The notes beneath the pieces were generated by a model, which did not search any database, was not told the origin of the DNA, and saw nothing but the letters and a program-made list of their open reading frames with translations. Below, one piece after another: positions 51,027-63,739 of a DNA stretch of 64,000 bases. The translations under genes were made by a program, and so were the position numbers. Every line of letters starts with the position of its first letter. Within the stretch, counting starts at the first letter, position 1. This DNA is from Octopus vulgaris (taxonomy: Eukaryota). Location of the stretch: assembly GCA_951406725.2 (NCBI GenBank), contig OX597840.1, positions 34,596,001 through 34,660,000 of the forward strand, in the 5' to 3' direction.

Positions 51027-53739
51027 CACACGCTGACATAGAACCAACGTTTGAACCCTTTATTCGCAATATTACCGAATCTGGAACTTAACTCTGGTCT
51101 GTCTATAGCACTTATTGAGGATTTACCTGACACCTTTGGGTCTCAATGACACCATTATTTCTTACATATATCTGATGAGGGTAATGATAAAAATAACCTA
51201 AAATTCGCCTCTGAATGCTTTCACTATGAGAATTAAAAATCTCTTGGCTTAAAGTTTTTTCAAGGGGGAACTACTCACGACTCGCTTTAGCTTTAATTTG
51301 CATTTAATATATCTATGTATGTAGACAAAACTGCAATAAGTTGCCTAAGAAACTGTGTTTTGCTGTACTATTTATTTCACCTCTGTTATAATTGATTAGA
51401 CATTAAAATGGTACATGTATAATCTAACATGTATATTTCTTTATACTGAAGTCCTAACCTTTGCTTGGTTAACAACGATTCCTTTAGACTAAACTGTAGC
51501 TCATTTACAGGTCCAACTGAAGAACAAATTTCATGAGAATCTTTGAGATTGCTTCCATAGTATTTTACAATCTTCTTGTTTTTCACACATAGGTTCACTG
51601 CATGATGTCTCTCTGCTTTGAGTATTTTAGCGATGACTTTAAAAACACATCACAATTTACAAATGTTCAAATGCTGGTTTTTTGAATTATTTTTATTTAT
51701 TTAATACATATATATTTTTTTTACGTTTTTACTATATATATATTGTTAAAAACAAGATGAACTATTTTTAAAGATATACAAAGTATTGTGGAAGGTTATT
51801 TTTTGTGAGGCTTGCTCAAATCTACCATTATTTTATCCCTTTCCATTTCTTTTGGAGTAACTTGAAAATTCTTTCTTTTTTTTTTTGTTTTATTTCTGGT
51901 TTATAAGATTTAATTGAAATGTTTTAATTACCTATCAGTAATTTCCAAATTAAGTCAAACGCTTCTTTGTCATCTTGTAAATTATTTACATGTAATAAGA
52001 CCATTAATAATTAGCTTTTTAGTAATTATTTAATAAACTATAATAATAATAATGATAATAATAATAATAATATCTGTCAAATGTCATTGATGAACCAATA
52101 TTAGATATTCTTTGTTATTGATTGTGTGTATGTGAGAGTATCAGGTTTGTTTATTGTTATGCCATATTGTAGATACTTTCTTTAGGATGATAAACTACAC
52201 ATGTCACCTGGTGTGATACCACCACCACTAACACCACCACATCCTTGGGTATAGTTTTGGGTTTGAGGATAACACTTAAGTCTTCTTCCTCTCCTACCTT
52301 TTTTGAAGACCCCCACCACAAAATGATCATGGACGTGGCATACTAATTAAGCCATGAAAAATGATATTTCAGTTGAAGTTTTATTAAAATTATCTCTAGA
52401 TAAGTATAAAAATTTCAGTTTCCCCTAAGGTCCCCCTACCCCCAACTTCCAAATTTGGACTTTTTAATCTCTTTGTTTCTTAAATTGTTTCTAACATTGT
52501 GGTAGAGAAATATTGAAGTTCTAGGGAACAATTAAAATGTAATTAGATCTTTTGTGTCTATAATGGATGGCAGAAAAAATATTCAAATCTCTGTTTTAAA
52601 TACCTTAACATCTAAACACTAGGTTTTCGTATAACGGAATAAAACATGCAAAAAGGTATTTGCATTCACCCCTCCACACACACATTAGAATTACAGTACT
52701 GATAACCTTCCTCTGTAGAAAATAATTCTGAGATTATTATTTTTTTTTTGTTTGCTCTTGAGGCAAAAACATTAAATATTACCATGAGGACATGTAGACA
52801 ATACTGGATTTGAACTAGGAACTTTTTTTTCAAAATTTTCTTGTTTAAATCCAGTCTGTCAGAATAAGTGGTAGATGAAAAGTGTTTTCTATTCTAAAAA
52901 TTATGCCAATAGTTGGAAAATTGTTTGTTGTTTTTGTTGAAGTTCATATACTGTTATGAGTTTCCTCTGTTTGGGACTAAGTCTTCGACGAGAGAGAAAA
53001 GCTTGTCTTGTTTTTAACACACATACACATCTGCGAATTTGTGAGAATAAAGGACTAGGGTGTGTTATATTCTGTATTTGGTAAATAGTTTACACAATTC
53101 AGTTTTGATTCTGGCTGAGTCTCATGACTGTGTGCGTGCGTGCACATGCAGTCATGCACAGTGTGTGTGCATATTCTGATTACTATAAGTTTACATTGCT
53201 GCTGTCCTAATTATGGACAATTTAATTTCATGAATAAGAATACTATTTATTGATGAGGTTGAATTAGTGATAAGCCTCTTTTTTTTCTTGTAGAATTTTA
53301 GTGAACAACTCTGTTAAATTAGTGTAGATTCTGGTTTAACATAATTTCTATTACATGGGATTATGTCTTATAGTATTTGTGTCTCATCTCTCTCTCTCTT
53401 GCTCTTGCTCTCCCTCCTGTTGGAAATCCTTCAACCACGTCGTCTAAGAGAGTTAAGTGTTGGTCTCTTGATCCCTTCAGGGTCAATTACCTTGGTTTTG
53501 TATGTTGAACTAATCAAAAATCAAACAGGAATTTCATGGGGATGAATCTGCTTACTTAACTAACTATGTTTACGCCAGTGACACAGAATCATTTTCACCA
53601 TCCTTGTCACCACCACCACACTACCACTGTTATCCTTCTCCTCCTCCTTCCCCTCTATTTATGTGTATTCTTACCATAAATTACTACATGAAATACACTT
53701 GGAAACCATTTATGACGTTGGCACAACTCTGTAGATGTT

Positions 53740-54309
53740 TATATTGTGCTGAGGTTTGGATTTACCAGGTTTCAAATCTTGCCCATGCCAACTTAGCCCT
53801 TTAGCTTCGTAAGTGTTTTGAGTCAAGTACTAGGGTCAATATAATCAACTTGCTGTCCATTCCAGTAAAACTGCTGCTCTTGTGCCAAAATTAGAAATAG
53901 GCATGAGAGTTTGCACAAGAAGGCAGCTGAGGTTAATTTATCAAGCTATTATTTAAAATAATGGATTAACAAGATTGTTAGAGCATCAGAAAAAATTACT
54001 TTGTAGTGTTGAGTTCAAATCTAACTGACGTCATTTTTGCCTCTTCAACCTCTCTGGGTCAGTAAAATACAGTGTCAGTCAGTACTGAGGTTGATATCAT
54101 CAGCTAACCTCTTCTTTCAAAATTGCTAGTCATGTGCCTTAAATTATAGTTGTCATAATCATCATCATCATCATCATCTTCAAAGTACCACTTAGTTACT
54201 GGGTCAATGGTATTGATCACTCCCCCTCCCTTCAAAATTGCTAGCCTTGTGCCTAAAACAGAAACAATTATTAAACTGAATAAACGCAAATTATTATTGC
54301 TATTATGAC

Positions 54310-54346
<37 letters not shown>

Positions 54347-54891
54347 GAGAAGGTGATGAGCTTGCAGAATTGTTAGCATTCTGGACGAAATGCTTAGCTG
54401 TATTTTGCCTGTTACTATGTTCTGAGTTCAAATTCTGCCTAGGTCGACTTGGCTTTTCATCCTTTTGGGGTCGATCAATTTAGTACCAGTGAAACACTGG
54501 GGTCGATGCAATTGACTAGTCTCCTCCCCATAAATTTCAGGCCCTGTGCTTTCAGTAGAAAGGAATATTATTATTATTAATGAGGTGGCGAGTTGGCAGA
54601 ATTGTTAGCAGGGCCAGGCAAAATGCTTCGCAGTATTTCAATTGTCTTTACTTTCTGTGTTCAGATCCCACTATCAATTAAGGTGGGTCAGCTGGCAGGA
54701 CTGTTCAGCAGCATTTTCTCTGGCCTGACATTCTGAGTTCAAATGCTGCCAAAATTGACTTTGCCTTTCATCCTTTTGAGGTCAATATAATAAGTATCAG
54801 GCCAGCACTGGGGTTGATAATTGACTACTCCCCACCACCACCAAGATTGCACGCTTTGTGCTTAAGGTAGAAAGGGCTGTTGTTGTTGTTG

Positions 54892-54940
<49 letters not shown>

Positions 54941-55105
54941 TGTTGTTGTTATTATTAGTCCTGAGTTCAAATTCCGCTGAGGTTGACTTTGTCTTTCAGC
55001 CTTTTGGGGTCGGTAAATTTAGTACCAATGAAACACTGGGGTCAATGCTATCGACTAGTCCCCTCCCCCCAAATTCCAGGCCTTGTGCATTTAGTATTAA
55101 GGATT
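53740..55105 (+). mobile_element. Head-to-tail cluster of about seven SINE family A copies or fragments
   Basis: Repeated GAGTTCAAAT..CTTTTGGGGTC..AGTACCA..GGGGTC.AT..CCTTGTGC blocks separated by (ATT)n/(ATC)n tails. Confidence 0.8.
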
Positions 55106-55129
55106 ATCATCATCATCATTATCATCAAA

Positions 55130-55171
<42 letters not shown>

Positions 55172-55649
55172 GTTGTTGTTGTTGTTATTTCTATCACAGT
55201 GACAATTTGATTATCCTATTTAAGACAATTATCTCCCAATTAACATTTATTAGGTTTTGAAAAAAAATGTTTGTTTTTGTTTGTGTTTGTTGAGATAGAG
55301 AATGAAAGCCTGCCTGAATCTAGCACAAAGTTATAGAAGGAGAAAATGGACATTAGGTCACAATGTCCAACCGTTCAAGATTGAAGGACATAAAGTGGGT
55401 AGGATGTTTAGTTAATTGACTAATTAAGTTATAGATGCTAATTGATTTTCAACTGGTGGAAATGGTTTGTTGTTCTGTCTCTGTTTCTTTCGCAATCTTT
55501 CTTGCCTTGTTAGAGGCTTTCACTTTCAGTTTGTGTGTGGACATTCATAGTGAACATGTATGTGAATCTCTCTCACCCCCTTCTTGCCTTCCTGCGTGTA
55601 TGTGTGTGTCTTATTGTGTAATGATAATGGCAAGTGTCTTCTTCTCTAG

Positions 55650-55685
55650 TCTCAAGATGACCAGTTACCTCATGAACAAAATTGG
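55650..55685 (+). CDS. Possible 36-nt boule cassette exon (SQDDQLPHEQNW)
   Basis: GTCTTCTTCTCTAG acceptor, TGG|GTGAAT donor, open in phase 0 within a phase-0 intron. No homology support. Confidence 0.35.
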
Positions 55686-55925
55686 GTGAATGAAAAACAG
55701 AGCAGAATTTCATGTTTGTGCATGCATGCGTGTATACATGCATACATAGGTGTTTGTATTGTGTCTGTGTTGTATACATTAGCAGTTCAACAGAGGGAGA
55801 TAAAATAAGTACGATATCAAAAAATAGGTACAGAACATAGTGATACCAATTAAAAACTTGTTAATGAGACACTCTAGAATAGCTGCAGACCAGGTAATTG
55901 AAATCTATAGAGTGCTGTGGGAGAC

Positions 55926-55971
<46 letters not shown>

Positions 55972-56684
55972 CACACACACATACATACATGTACATACAT
56001 GCAGTTCTTGCACAAATGCTTTTAGGTAAAGAGTGTATATTTTATAGAATAGTTTTATTAGTAATGAAATCTTCAGTGCGAAATAAATAGTTGTTTCGTT
56101 TCTGTTTGAAACCCCATGTGTTATTAGTATTAAACTAATTAATTTTCTAGATGTTTCCATAGAAACCCAACATAATTAGGTGTAATATGCTAAATTTTGT
56201 TAAGCTATTTTGTATTATTCTATTTTTTCTTTTACACGTTTATTAAATATTAAATATTAAATATTAAATATTATCTGCCAGCACATTTTAAGGAGCTAAT
56301 TTGTTTCGTTTTTTTTTTTTTTTTTAATTAAATTTTCATTGTTCATTTTGGCTCGTTTATTATCTGAGATAATTTGTTTTTCACTTTATTGTTTCTAAAA
56401 TAAAATCAATTATATACATTTATATACATTCAAATAACTTTAATTATACCCTCTTAATTAATTAAATGTCTATATTATTATTATTATTACTATTATTATT
56501 ATTATTATTACTATTATTATTATTATTATTATTATTATTATGATAATGTATAGCTGTATATATATACATACATAAAATCTATATATATATATATATGTAT
56601 ATGGTAGATTTGAGTCTTGCTTTGTTTACTGCGAGCATGCTTGTTTTGTTTGTCTGCTTTGACTAGGAATGTGCATTGTTTCAG

Positions 56685-57179
56685 GGCACTATGGCGGCAG
56701 TTGCCAAGGAGACGTTGCCCTGCGGCAGTGGTGGCGGAGGTAACATCCACCACATGTATGTTACTGACCTTCCTAGCACTAGTGAGCAGCAACCTCAACG
56801 CCCACTTCCTACTCTTCCTCCGGTGACAGCTACAGCAAACCCATTGTACTCGGTACACACAACTTCACAACTGAAAACACAATTGCCACCACCTCCTACT
56901 ATACCGTTGTCTATTAAGGCCACAACCTATCGAAAACCACTGGCAACTGCTCCTCCTCGCCGCTCCTATAGCAGTCCAACACTTTTGGTCAAACACGGCC
57001 ACAAAGTCCAGAGGCTAATGGCCAAAACATCTACCGGACCGATACGCACTATTTTACAAAAATCAGACTCTGACGTAACTGTAGAAGGAGCCCTCTCACA
57101 TAGCCATTTAACGTCATCTTCCCCCGTCATGAATAAAAGCAAGGCGTCACAAATTGTAAGTGCATACGAGGCTTTCTGA
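56685..57179 (+). CDS. boule: Boule long 3' coding exon (GTMAAVAKE...VSAYEAF*), probably terminal
   Basis: 495-nt GC-balanced ORF in an AT-rich background, in phase 0 with exon 46373-46552. CAG acceptor at 56682-56684 (alternative TAG at 56664-56666), TGA at 57177-57179. Assignment rests on strand, phase and position, not homology. Confidence 0.8.
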   Translation, partial: GTMAAVAKETLPCGSGGGGNIHHMYVTDLPSTSEQQPQRPLPTLPPVTATANPLYSVHTTSQLKTQLPPPPTIPLSIKATTYRKPLATAPPRRSYSSPTLLVKHGHKVQRLMAKTSTGPIRTILQKSDSDVTVEGALSHSHLTSSSPVMNKSKASQIVSAYEAF

Positions 57180-57583
57180 TGCACCTGGCTCGGACAAAAA
57201 AAAATTATAAAAAAAAAAAGCAAAAGATGATACAAATAAGAAGGAAGTTTGTTTTGGTTTTTTTTTTTTTTAAATATTTAAAAGAAAAAAAAAAGAGAAG
57301 GAAAAAAAAAACCAAAGTAAGAAAATATTTGACAAACTCTTGAATTGAACTCATTGTAAAAAGCTGATAATCCATCAGGATTAATTTCATTTCTTATTTT
57401 ATTATTTTTTTGTTCATGTTTCTTTTTTTTTTTTTTTACCTTTCATGTTTTTCTGAATTAAATTAGCCCCAAAGACTTTAACTATTAGCGTTGACATTTT
57501 TTTTTTTCCAAAAAGTTTATTATTATTATTATTATAATTATTTTTATTATTATTATTACTATTACTATTTAATTTATTTATTG

Positions 57584-57589
57584 AATAAA
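57584..57589 (+). promoter_or_regulatory. Candidate polyadenylation signal AATAAA
   Basis: About 400 nt after the stop codon and followed by a GU/U-rich stretch (GTTGTGTTTGCTTTGTTCTTGTCTTTTT). Confidence 0.4.
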
Positions 57590-58493
57590 AAGTTAGTTGT
57601 GTTTGCTTTGTTCTTGTCTTTTTTTATTAAAAAAACCCAATATTAACCAGTTTGGAATTATAGCAGATTTATTAAAAAAAAAAATGATGAAATAACTTTA
57701 AGAAGAATTTTGGCTGCTCTGTTTTGGTTCTTTTGAATTATGAAAAAAGAAAAAAAAAAATTCCTTTTGTTGTTTTTTTTTTGTGACTGGTCAGTTAGAA
57801 CAATTTGCCTCTGTTGTTATTTTATCATTTCCATAATATTAATATTGTTTGCAAGACTTGTTGTTTTAAAGACTTGAAGGAATTTATTTGATAGTCTTGC
57901 TCCTTTGTTGGTTATTGTTGTTGATTTTGTTAACTGTTGAACCATAAATGTGAACAGGAATTGACTAACAGCTTGCCATTCTTGGAGGGTGGATAGATGG
58001 ATGAATGGTTGGGTGAAGTGGTTGAATGATGTAAGATATAGAGTTAAACATTGCCCAGTCCATCACCAGCAAAATCTCAGTTCAAAACCTTTCAATTACG
58101 TAACATTTCCTCTCCTCTCTCTCCCTCTCACTCTGTATATCTGCCTGTTTATCTTGATCCTAATCTATCTATCTAATAAATATATATATATATATATATA
58201 TGTACATGGTTTTGGGTTCAGTCCCACTGCGTGGCACTTTGGGTAGGTGTCTTCCGCTATAGCCCCGAGTCAACCGAAGCTTTGTGATTGAATTCGGTAG
58301 GTGGAAGTTACTGCCGTGTGTGTATGTGTGCGTATAGCTGCTCAGTGCCACTCCGAAAGAGAGAGAGGGATGTATATATATGTTTATACACACACAGACA
58401 AACATACATATATATAAATGTATATATACATATACACGCGTACAGACACACATACACACTCACATATATGCATACTCATATATCTATATATGT

Positions 58494-58920
58494 AGGTACA
58501 GGAGTGGCTGTGTGGTGAGAAGCTTGCTTACCAACCACATGGTTCCGGGTTCAGTCCCACTGCGTAGCACCTTGGGCAAGTGTCTTCTACCATAGCCTCA
58601 GGCCGAACAAAGTCTTGTGAGTGGATTTGGTAGACAGAAACTGAAAGAAGCCTGTTGTGTGTGTGTATATATATATATATACACACACACACGCACACAC
58701 ACACATGCACATATTTGTGTGTCTGTCTGTGTTTGTCCCCCCACCATCGCTTGACAACTGATGTTTGTGTGTTTATGTTCCCATAACTTAACGGTTCGGC
58801 AAAAGAGACCGATAGAATAAGTACTAGGCTTATAAAGAATAAGTCCTGGGGTTGATTTGTTTGACTAAAAGCGGTGCTCCATCATGGCCACAGTCAAATG
58901 ACTGAAATAAATAAAAGAAT
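58494..58920 (+). mobile_element. SINE family B, full length and young-looking
   Basis: Near-identical to 5445-5818 in head and tail, with an internal (TG)(TA)(CA) microsatellite. Confidence 0.9.
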
Positions 58921-59014
58921 ATATATATGTATGTATATACATACATACTTATACATATACATGCATACATTAATCACTTAGCATATTGCAGTTCACCTAT
59001 CACTTGGCGTATAC

Positions 59015-59047
<33 letters not shown>

Positions 59048-59187
59048 ACAGTACTGTTTCTATTTCTTGGGTTTTCACCTACCACGGGGTGGGTGGGTGT
59101 GTTTTGGAATGTAACTGCCACGGTAGCCAAGGGATTACTTTATACACACATACACACACACACACACACACACATATACATGCATGC

Positions 59188-59282
<95 letters not shown>

Positions 59283-61474
59283 TACACATATTCATACATT
59301 GTTATTTATCACTCTTTCTCCCTCTACACTTAAATACTGCTTCTGCTTCATCATCTTATGCATCCAAAAAAATCAAAATTTTTGCTGTGTGTGTTTTAAT
59401 TTTATTTGATTTTTATTATTTTCTGCATGATTTTCACAGCTAGGCTCCCTTCCTATCGCTGACCATTTTACAGGCTGAACTGGGTGCAAGTTATTGGTGC
59501 CACCCTACATACTCATTGCCCTGCTTAACAAGCTACCCTCACTAAGCATTTGTAGGACCCATTAGTTTCTTTGTGTATGTGTGAATTAGTTTACGTAAAG
59601 TGGGAAGGAAATTTAAAGAAGAGTGTAGAGCTCCCTGTAGTTGTTGCTCTAGCTTTCTACCTCTCAGGACAGAATTTGAACCCTTTCCATGTGGACCTTA
59701 ACTTCCATATGTTTATGGTTAATTAGACAAAAGCTTGTATATGTGTTGAGAAGCAATGAGTATGCACGTGTGTGTGTGTACATATACACATCAAACACAT
59801 ATATGAACATTGAATTATATTAGAGATGAATGAGAGGCGTCTTCAATATGCTGTGGTGTAGAGTACATGGTTAAACATTTTGTGTGTGTATATGTGGTTT
59901 AATGATAAGAATTTAGTAAGAAGTTTGAGAGAGTTGAAATAATTTGATTTTAATGATGGAACTTAAAGTAGATAAAGCTATGAGCATTTGCAAATAGAAT
60001 GTTGGATTAAAATAACCCTTTTGGTAAAAATGTCAAAAGCTGTACATGGGACACAATGCCATCTCTTCTGTAAATATAACGTTCTACAGTATGTATGTGT
60101 GTGTGGGTGTGTATAAATGACACTTCCCTAAAATTGTGGGATGGAGTCCAGAACTGTGGTTATCCTTTTCTCAGATGGAATTGGGTGTGAATACAGGAAC
60201 ATTTGTCATCCCAAGCATCCTAAGAAAGATTTCAAACAACAACAACAAACTATCAGGAACTTTAAGCATAAAAATCACATTACGTATACTGGCAATTTTT
60301 ATTTTATTTTTCACTGCCAACTTGCTTCATGTGTGTGTGAGAGGAGAGAGAGAGAGAGTGCGTATCCATGTGCTTGTATTGTGTATATTTGTTTTTGATC
60401 CAAGTCAATTTTTGTGTGTATGTATAGAGAAAGAGATAGATACATACATGTCTCCACATATGTGTGCTTATATATATTTACATGTATGGACATACACACA
60501 TTATTATATTTGTGTTTCATTAGCCATGTTAATATAGGATGGAGTGAGGTGACGGACATAAACACAAATTGCAAATTGATAGAGTACACCATCATTGAGC
60601 GTATACATACACATAGTACATGCATGTTTTACATATATATGTATGTATGTGTGTGTGTTTGTGTATCTACATGCATGCATGCATTTGTTGAACTCTGGTT
60701 TTCCCACATTAGTATTATTTGGACAGGAATTAATTTTGAGGCAGAATTTTATGGTTGGATGCTCTTTCTGCCACCAACCATTTTTCTTTGACAAGGGGTT
60801 TTCGAAGTGACTGGTCTTAATGTCAGTACTACCACTGCTTTACTCAAATGGTAACAAGGAAAGCATGAAGATTACGGTGCATACATACTCATGCACATAC
60901 ATTTTTTTAGAGGAAGGATGTCCATCATACCAAAGCAGATATTAGAGCAGGATGCTGTTCTCTGACTAAATTGGATTCTGTTAAATTCTACCAGCATGGA
61001 AGAAGGACTCTTTAAAAAATGATGATGATGATGATGATAATAGTGTGTGTGTGTGCATGTTTTTATATATGTGTATAAGTAATAATAATAATCCACAGAT
61101 GGAATTTATAAATATTTTAATGCATTGCTATGTGCGTTTCCACAAAACCCGTTTCTTGAGATCTTAGTCCATATTCCTGGGATGATTACTGTACAGTCTA
61201 TAGTATCCATGGACATTGGGTGGATCATGTTCGTGCATTTATTGTAGTGTTATTAAAGATAGGGTGTAACATTATTACCTTGTCTCCGGTATGACATGTC
61301 TCAAAAGCAGGTGTGTGGTGAAGAGTGCACCAACACGTGGAAGATTAACTTGGTTCAAGTAACAGCCACTTCTCCATTCCAAAAACTTCATTCATTACCA
61401 ATATATACACACACACACACGCACGCACGCGTTCACACACTACATAGAAAAATTATTATTATTATTATTATTAC

Positions 61475-61663
61475 TGAGTGAGAGACCAGTGCGCATGCTA
61501 TCAAAGTAACACCAGGGTACAAATATATGGAGCCCAGTATACCCAGAATGACTAACTGTCTGATAAGGGTACACCAAACACCTGCATCACAGCAGTATGT
61601 GTGCGACATAGGAAGATAAACAGTGTACATGACCTTGCAGGTGGGGCACAGTTAGAATTTTCT
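61475..61663 (-). mobile_element. Short retroposon fragment embedded in an (AAT)n tract
   Basis: ~190 bp of complex sequence flanked on both sides by (ATT)n; family assignment uncertain. Confidence 0.45.
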
Positions 61664-62419
61664 ATTATTATTATTATTATTATTATTAATATTAATATTA
61701 CTATTACTACTACTACTACTATTATTATTATTATTGCACTTGTTTTTGGCAATGGGAGACATGATTTTCTAAGCTTGTGTATTGTTTGACGGACACAGAG
61801 AGGCATAATAGCAGTAGGTAAAGGGACAGGTGTTTCTTTAGAGGGGTAGAATTGCCGTTTTCTTAAATTAATTTATTGCTCTTCATTTTGGTTTAGCATA
61901 AATAAAAGTACCCGGTACATACACACTGTAAAGGGGTTAGTGTCAGGAAGGGTACCCAGCTGTAGAAACCACACCAAAGTTTGTAAGGGGCATGTCGCAA
62001 ACTATCCACCCCATGCCAGCATGGAAAACAGACATTAGAGGAGGAGGAGAAGGAGGATGCTGTGCTCTACCTGGAAGTATTGGAATATGTAATAACAAAA
62101 GAGTAGTAGGAATAATGTTGATCTGTGTCTTGAGAGTGAAGCCTACAACTGGATTTGGGGGTATCGGAAGTGTCTTTTGTCAGTGCTTGAGTAGAAAAGG
62201 GGTTTCTGGGTATAACTAGTAACAACAAGCAGAACACCATCTAATGACCTCAAGAACAACAACAAAGCTAATGTCTCCACTGGTAGATGAAACAAACATT
62301 AACACCACTACCAGGACCCTCTTTACAGCTGCTAGAAATATCAACCAAATCTTCCAATTCTTCTTTGCTATCTTAAAAGTGATGCATTAGATGATGCAAT
62401 GCTATAGAGATGTAATGGT

Positions 62420-62750
62420 GTACAAAACAAAATGGCATTCCGTCGGTTCCGATAATAAGGGTTCCAAGTTGATCTGATCAAAGGAACAGCCTCCTTGTGA
62501 AATTAACACGTAAATGGCTGAGCACTCCACAGACATGCGTACACTTAATGTAATTTTCAGGGAGATTCAGAATGACACAGAATGTGGCAAGGCTGGCCCT
62601 TTGGAAATACAGATATTTTTGCCAGCTGAGTGGACTGGAGCAACATGAAATAAAGTGCCTTGCTCAAGGATGCAACACATAGCCAGGAATTAAAATCGCA
62701 TCCTTACAATGGTGTGGTGATTACCCTAACCAATAAACCATGCACCTCCA
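62420..62750 (-). mobile_element. SINE family D, antisense
   Basis: CAGCTGAGTGGACTGGAGCAACATGAAATAAAGTGCCTTGCTCAAGGA, shared with 63950-64000. Confidence 0.75.
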
Positions 62751-63739
62751 CTGTAGTAATGTATCGTTTATCAGGGGGTTTGGTTCCAAAACACACAAAT
62801 GCTAGATTCAGTCGCATTAAGCTCTGGGCCCACAGCAGTGAGGCTTCGACCATCACTTTTTCTCTTGGTCATTTCTACTCTTGTCTGCATCATTTGTTAG
62901 GATCAGGTGCCTTTGTGTTTTTTTCATATTCACAGGTCCCACGTTGACGGGTACGAGTATGTAAATGCATGTTAAAAATACGCTTGCAACCTCAAAGCAC
63001 AGTCTTCTGAGCACAAACCGTGGTCAGTGAATTTTGGGTAACTGAGCATTATGGGTGATCATTGGGGTGCATTTTTGTGGTACAAGCAGAACCTTTGATT
63101 GCTGACCCACAATTTAGCATACTGTGTGATCCTGGATAAGAGATGAGTGAATCAGTAATAATTGAGAAGAGATGTGCTATGCCTGCAAATAAGGTGAGAT
63201 GGTCATGGTTAGAATGCCACTGATCATAGGTCTGCTGGATGAAGGCTGATCTAGCAACATCATACCTGGGATCATTTTTCAGAGTTACCGTTGCCCCAAG
63301 GACAAGTTAATAAAACAAATATACTTCTCATACATTGTGGCACTTGGGGTAATCACCGTTCTGAAGGACATGGTTTTAAATGCTTTAAGAAGGACTGTGG
63401 CATTTATTTTTGTAGGCAAACAGGATGAAAGGCAGGGCAAAGCCCTTTTATGCAGGCTGGAAAATACCCGAGTGTTGCACCGAACATCGGAAACCTGACA
63501 TAATTTGTGATGGTGGAAGCCGTGTGCCTCAAGGAAGAATTTTCAAATTCATGATAATTTGTCTTTGTTCCAAAGTTCCAGATGACTCTGATGCACCATT
63601 AGTGCTGGTGGAACTGTGTGGGTCTACCTCCTAGTGGAACATATTCAAAATAAAGAGGATTATATAAACATTTCATATGCCTGGAATCAGTATATTCCCT
63701 CAAAGGTAGTCTCCTTCAGTGAGGGAGCAGAGTACAGGC

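Noticed and set aside
63425-63634. 69-aa ORF in a moderately GC-rich patch
   Set aside because: No recognisable domain or splice structure; probably a decayed repeat, but cannot be classified by eye.
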